Assembly: GCA_964492935.1 (NCBI GenBank)
Contig: CAZBLF010000002.1
Coordinates: forward strand, 45,449-65,448
DNA: 20,000 nt
From: an uncultured Methanosarcinales archaeon
GTDB lineage: Archaea > Nanobdellota > Nanobdellia > Woesearchaeales > JACPBV01
Reading direction: 5' to 3'
A program made the position numbers and the translations under genes. Positions 17,238 to 20,000 of the stretch are shown here, piece by piece. Under the pieces are notes generated by a model. The model worked only from the letters and a program-made list of their open reading frames with translations, searched no databases and had not been told where the DNA came from. Position 1 is the stretch's first letter, and every line of letters starts with the position of its first letter.

Positions 17238-18314
17238 CTAACACTCACAATTAGCAATTACTTTCAACTTCTTCTTCCCACCAAACTTAGCTAAATAAAG
17301 TGGCAAAGAATTCAACATCTGTTCTTTATACGCATCAGAAATCGGCAAAGCATTAATCTCCTTCTCCCAATCAACATCAACCTGCTCAGTAATATTACCA
17401 ACAAACTCACGACCCGCATCCTCAATCAGCTTCTTTACCGCAATAGAACTTTCATTTCCAAACTCTTTCAAAAGTGGAAATTTAGTAATTCCATTAGCAC
17501 CCGCCTTCATATACAAACCAGATTCCTCAGCACGACGCAAATTCGTGCCAGCAACAATCTCAATCTTAGGAAACTCAACTCTTACACGTGACATCCACTT
17601 CAAAAACTCATCCGTCGAAGGACCAGTAGTGTAACGTGTTCCACGAACCGGTTTCAAAGGATACATCGTAATTCTATCAAGCTCATGCTCCTTAATAAAA
17701 TCAAGAAGATAATGAATATCAGAATAGCTATCACCCAAACCAACAATAACAGCTATTGACTTCCTAAACCCTTTTAATTTCTTGAACATATCAGAAAACG
17801 GTTTAATCGGCTTGCTCGGACACGTCTCATCATGGAGTTTTGGATGCAACGTCTCCATGCTCCCGCATACACCCTCAACATACGGACGAAGTTCTTCAAT
17901 CTGCTCCTCTGAAAAGCCACCCAAGTTCAACCATACTTTAGAACCATACACATCCGAAATAGCTTTAATATGCTCAACCAATTCAGGAAACGGCATAATC
18001 CCTAAACCACCAGTGATAAATTCCAATGGCCAGTCAAACGTTTTAGAAAATAAAGCCTCTAACAAAACAGAACCCATAGAACGCTTAGCTTTCTTCGGAT
18101 TGCCCTGCTTATGTTTTATCACGCTTCTATAACAAAAGTCACAATCCGCAATCGAGCAATACCAACTCAAGAAAATACACCGACCAGCGTACGCAGTTGC
18201 CGGAAAATTCTTCGAATACACAACAGAAGCTTTAGACATCAATTCTTTAGTTTCCGAACTAAGACTAACATCTTTAATTCGAACAAAATCGTCCGGATTG
18301 TATTCTTTTTGCAT
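17238..18314 (-). CDS. Radical SAM protein, archaeal biotin-synthase-like family
   Basis: RCIFLSWYCSIADCDFCY (CX4CX2C variant), EFITGG, VWLNLG, IVGLG, YPLKPVRGT and AGANGITKFP. Probable start MQKEY at 18314. Confidence 0.8.
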   Translation of the reverse strand: MQKEYNPDDFVRIKDVSLSSETKELMSKASVVYSKNFPATAYAGRCIFLSWYCSIADCDFCYRSVIKHKQGNPKKAKRSMGSVLLEALFSKTFDWPLEFITGGLGIMPFPELVEHIKAISDVYGSKVWLNLGGFSEEQIEELRPYVEGVCGSMETLHPKLHDETCPSKPIKPFSDMFKKLKGFRKSIAVIVGLGDSYSDIHYLLDFIKEHELDRITMYPLKPVRGTRYTTGPSTDEFLKWMSRVRVEFPKIEIVAGTNLRRAEESGLYMKAGANGITKFPLLKEFGNESSIAVKKLIEDAGREFVGNITEQVDVDWEKEINALPISDAYKEQMLNSLPLYLAKFGGKKKLKVIANCEC

Positions 18315-18366
18315 ACAGTCAAAAACGAGCAACACTATTTAAAAGTAGACTATTATTTCCCACCTC

Positions 18367-19623
18367 ATGGTAGAAATTATGGCGCCAGCAGGCTCATTTG
18401 AGTCATTACACGCAGCAATCAAAGCAGGCGCAGATTCAGTCTATTTCGGCATCAAACAATTAAACATGCGTTCTAAAGCAGCAAATAACTTCCAGTTAAA
18501 AGACCTCAAAAAAATAAGTGAGATAGCAAAGAAACACAAAATAAAAACATACCTAACAGTAAACACCGTAATGTACGATAACGATCTACAATTATTAAAC
18601 AACATCCTAGATGCAGCAAAAGAAAACAAAATAACAGCAATCATCGCATCCGATATCGCAGCCATACAATTAGCAAGAAATAAAAACATAGAAGTGCATA
18701 TTTCAACCCAAGCAAATGTTTCAAACATCGAAGCAGTAAAATTCTTCGCAAATTTCGCAGATGTTATAGTCCTAGCCAGAGAATTAAGACTCAGCCAAAT
18801 AAAGAAGATAACCGCCGCAATCAAGAAAGAGAAAATCAAAGGACCCAAAGGAAAACTAATCCAAATAGAACTTTTCGTCCACGGCGCATTATGCGTTGCC
18901 GTTTCCGGAAAATGTTTTATGAGCCTTGCAACATATAATCACTCCGCAAACAGAGGCATGTGTCTTCAAAACTGCAGACGCTCCTACAAAGTAACCGATA
19001 CAGAAACAGGAGATGAATTAATTCTAGACAACGAATACGTTATGTCGCCAAAAGATCTCTGTACAATAAGCGTTCTAGACAAACTCATCCACGCAGGAAC
19101 CGAAATATTCAAGCTAGAAGGTCGCGGCCGTTCCCCAGAATATGTCTACACCGTAACCAAAGTGTATAAGGAAGCTGCAAAAGCAATACAAAATAAGACA
19201 TACACAAAAAAGAAGATAGATAACTGGATCAAAGAACTAGAAACCGTCTTCAACAGAGGCTTCTGGCACGGCGGCTACTACCTAGGAAATAAGATGGGAG
19301 AATGGAGCGAGGCATACGGCTCAAAAGCAACAGAAAGAAAAGTCTACCTAGGAAAAGCACTCAACTACTATACAAAAGCAAAGATTGCCCACTTCCAGCT
19401 AGAAACAAAGGGAACAAAAGTAGGAGATAACATCATCATCAGCGGACCCACCACAGGAATCATCAAAGCAACAATCAAAGAGATGAGAGTAGATGAAAAG
19501 AAAGCAAGTACAGCAAAAAAAGGACAGGAAATCACGCTGCCGATAAAAGAACTAGTCAGAAAGAACGACAAACTCTTCAAAATAATCAAAGCAAAGGACG
19601 CACCCATAACAGCATTACAGTAG
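18367..19623 (+). CDS. Peptidase U32-family protein (TrhP/RlhA-like Fe-S hydroxylation enzyme)
   Basis: EIMAPAGS, AGADSVYFG, HISTQAN, VLAREL, ELFVHGALCVAVSGKC, SANRGMCLQNCRR, MSPKDLC, KLEGRGR and a C-terminal beta-barrel. Confidence 0.9.
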   Translation: MVEIMAPAGSFESLHAAIKAGADSVYFGIKQLNMRSKAANNFQLKDLKKISEIAKKHKIKTYLTVNTVMYDNDLQLLNNILDAAKENKITAIIASDIAAIQLARNKNIEVHISTQANVSNIEAVKFFANFADVIVLARELRLSQIKKITAAIKKEKIKGPKGKLIQIELFVHGALCVAVSGKCFMSLATYNHSANRGMCLQNCRRSYKVTDTETGDELILDNEYVMSPKDLCTISVLDKLIHAGTEIFKLEGRGRSPEYVYTVTKVYKEAAKAIQNKTYTKKKIDNWIKELETVFNRGFWHGGYYLGNKMGEWSEAYGSKATERKVYLGKALNYYTKAKIAHFQLETKGTKVGDNIIISGPTTGIIKATIKEMRVDEKKASTAKKGQEITLPIKELVRKNDKLFKIIKAKDAPITALQ

Positions 19624-19666
19624 TAACAACAATCACCTTTTTAAGCAAAAAAGCATTCTTGAAGGT

Positions 19667-20000
19667 ATGACTTTAACCCAGTTACTGGATGTAAATTTAC
19701 AGGAGGTAACTCCTACAAGAAGATCCTTTGTAGGAGGTGCACTTAAAGGAACATTCGCAGCGGCAGCCTCCACAGTACTCCCCTCAACCGCGCATGCAGA
19801 GCAAGAGCAAACATTCGCTGATTGGCACAAAGCACATTCACCCGAAGAAAAAGGGGAAGAATTTGTCCACTCCCATCTAAAATCATATACGCTCAACCCT
19901 TCGAGAGATGAAATAGAATCTATAGATAATATACTGGGAAGGTACCTGGAGCTTGATGAAGTAGATTTTCAAAGTAAAATCAAAAAGAGAGAGATTATTC
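19667..20000 (+). CDS. Twin-arginine (Tat) signal-bearing protein, 3'-truncated; not in the ORF track
   Basis: MTLTQLLDVNLQEVTPTRRSFVGGALKGTFAAAASTVLPSTAHA|EQEQ..., open to the window end. It has a TRRSF motif and an AHA cleavage site, with a TTTTTAAG box upstream. Confidence 0.7.
   Translation, partial: MTLTQLLDVNLQEVTPTRRSFVGGALKGTFAAAASTVLPSTAHAEQEQTFADWHKAHSPEEKGEEFVHSHLKSYTLNPSRDEIESIDNILGRYLELDEVDFQSKIKKREII

Noticed and set aside
19633..19896. Cys-rich minus-strand 87-aa ORF
   Set aside because: Antisense to the better-supported Tat-signal ORF starting at 19667.

Overview
Archaeal genomic window, most likely from a DPANN/Woesearchaeota-like lineage. That call is an inference from gatD, Lhr, the geranylgeranyl reductase, TATA-like boxes ~25-30 nt before leaderless starts, and GGTGA-type SD sites. 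Gene order: partial membrane protein, gatD, DUF2203-like gene, a 66-bp double-hairpin tandem repeat spanning a scaffold gap, geranylgeranyl reductase, APH-like kinase, bacterial-type fabI, two small ORFs, carA, a frameshifted free-standing LAGLIDADG gene, carB, a second free-standing LAGLIDADG gene, lhr, a small ORF, a radical SAM gene, a U32 gene and a partial Tat-signal protein. Main discovery: carB really begins at 9749 (ATA after a strong SD) and is interrupted inside its invariant GQAAE-F-DYSG motif by a 20-nt insert (9825-9844). The insert folds into a bulge-helix-bulge (BHB) motif whose predicted tRNA-splicing-endonuclease cut sites exactly restore the Phe codon and the frame, so it is a candidate mRNA micro-intron. 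It lies ~40 nt from a free-standing homing endonuclease gene, which suggests collaborative homing. Both LAGLIDADG cassettes appear to have inserted into the first codons of a host gene (carB, lhr), stranding the old 5' end upstream and supplying a replacement start inside their own 3' end.
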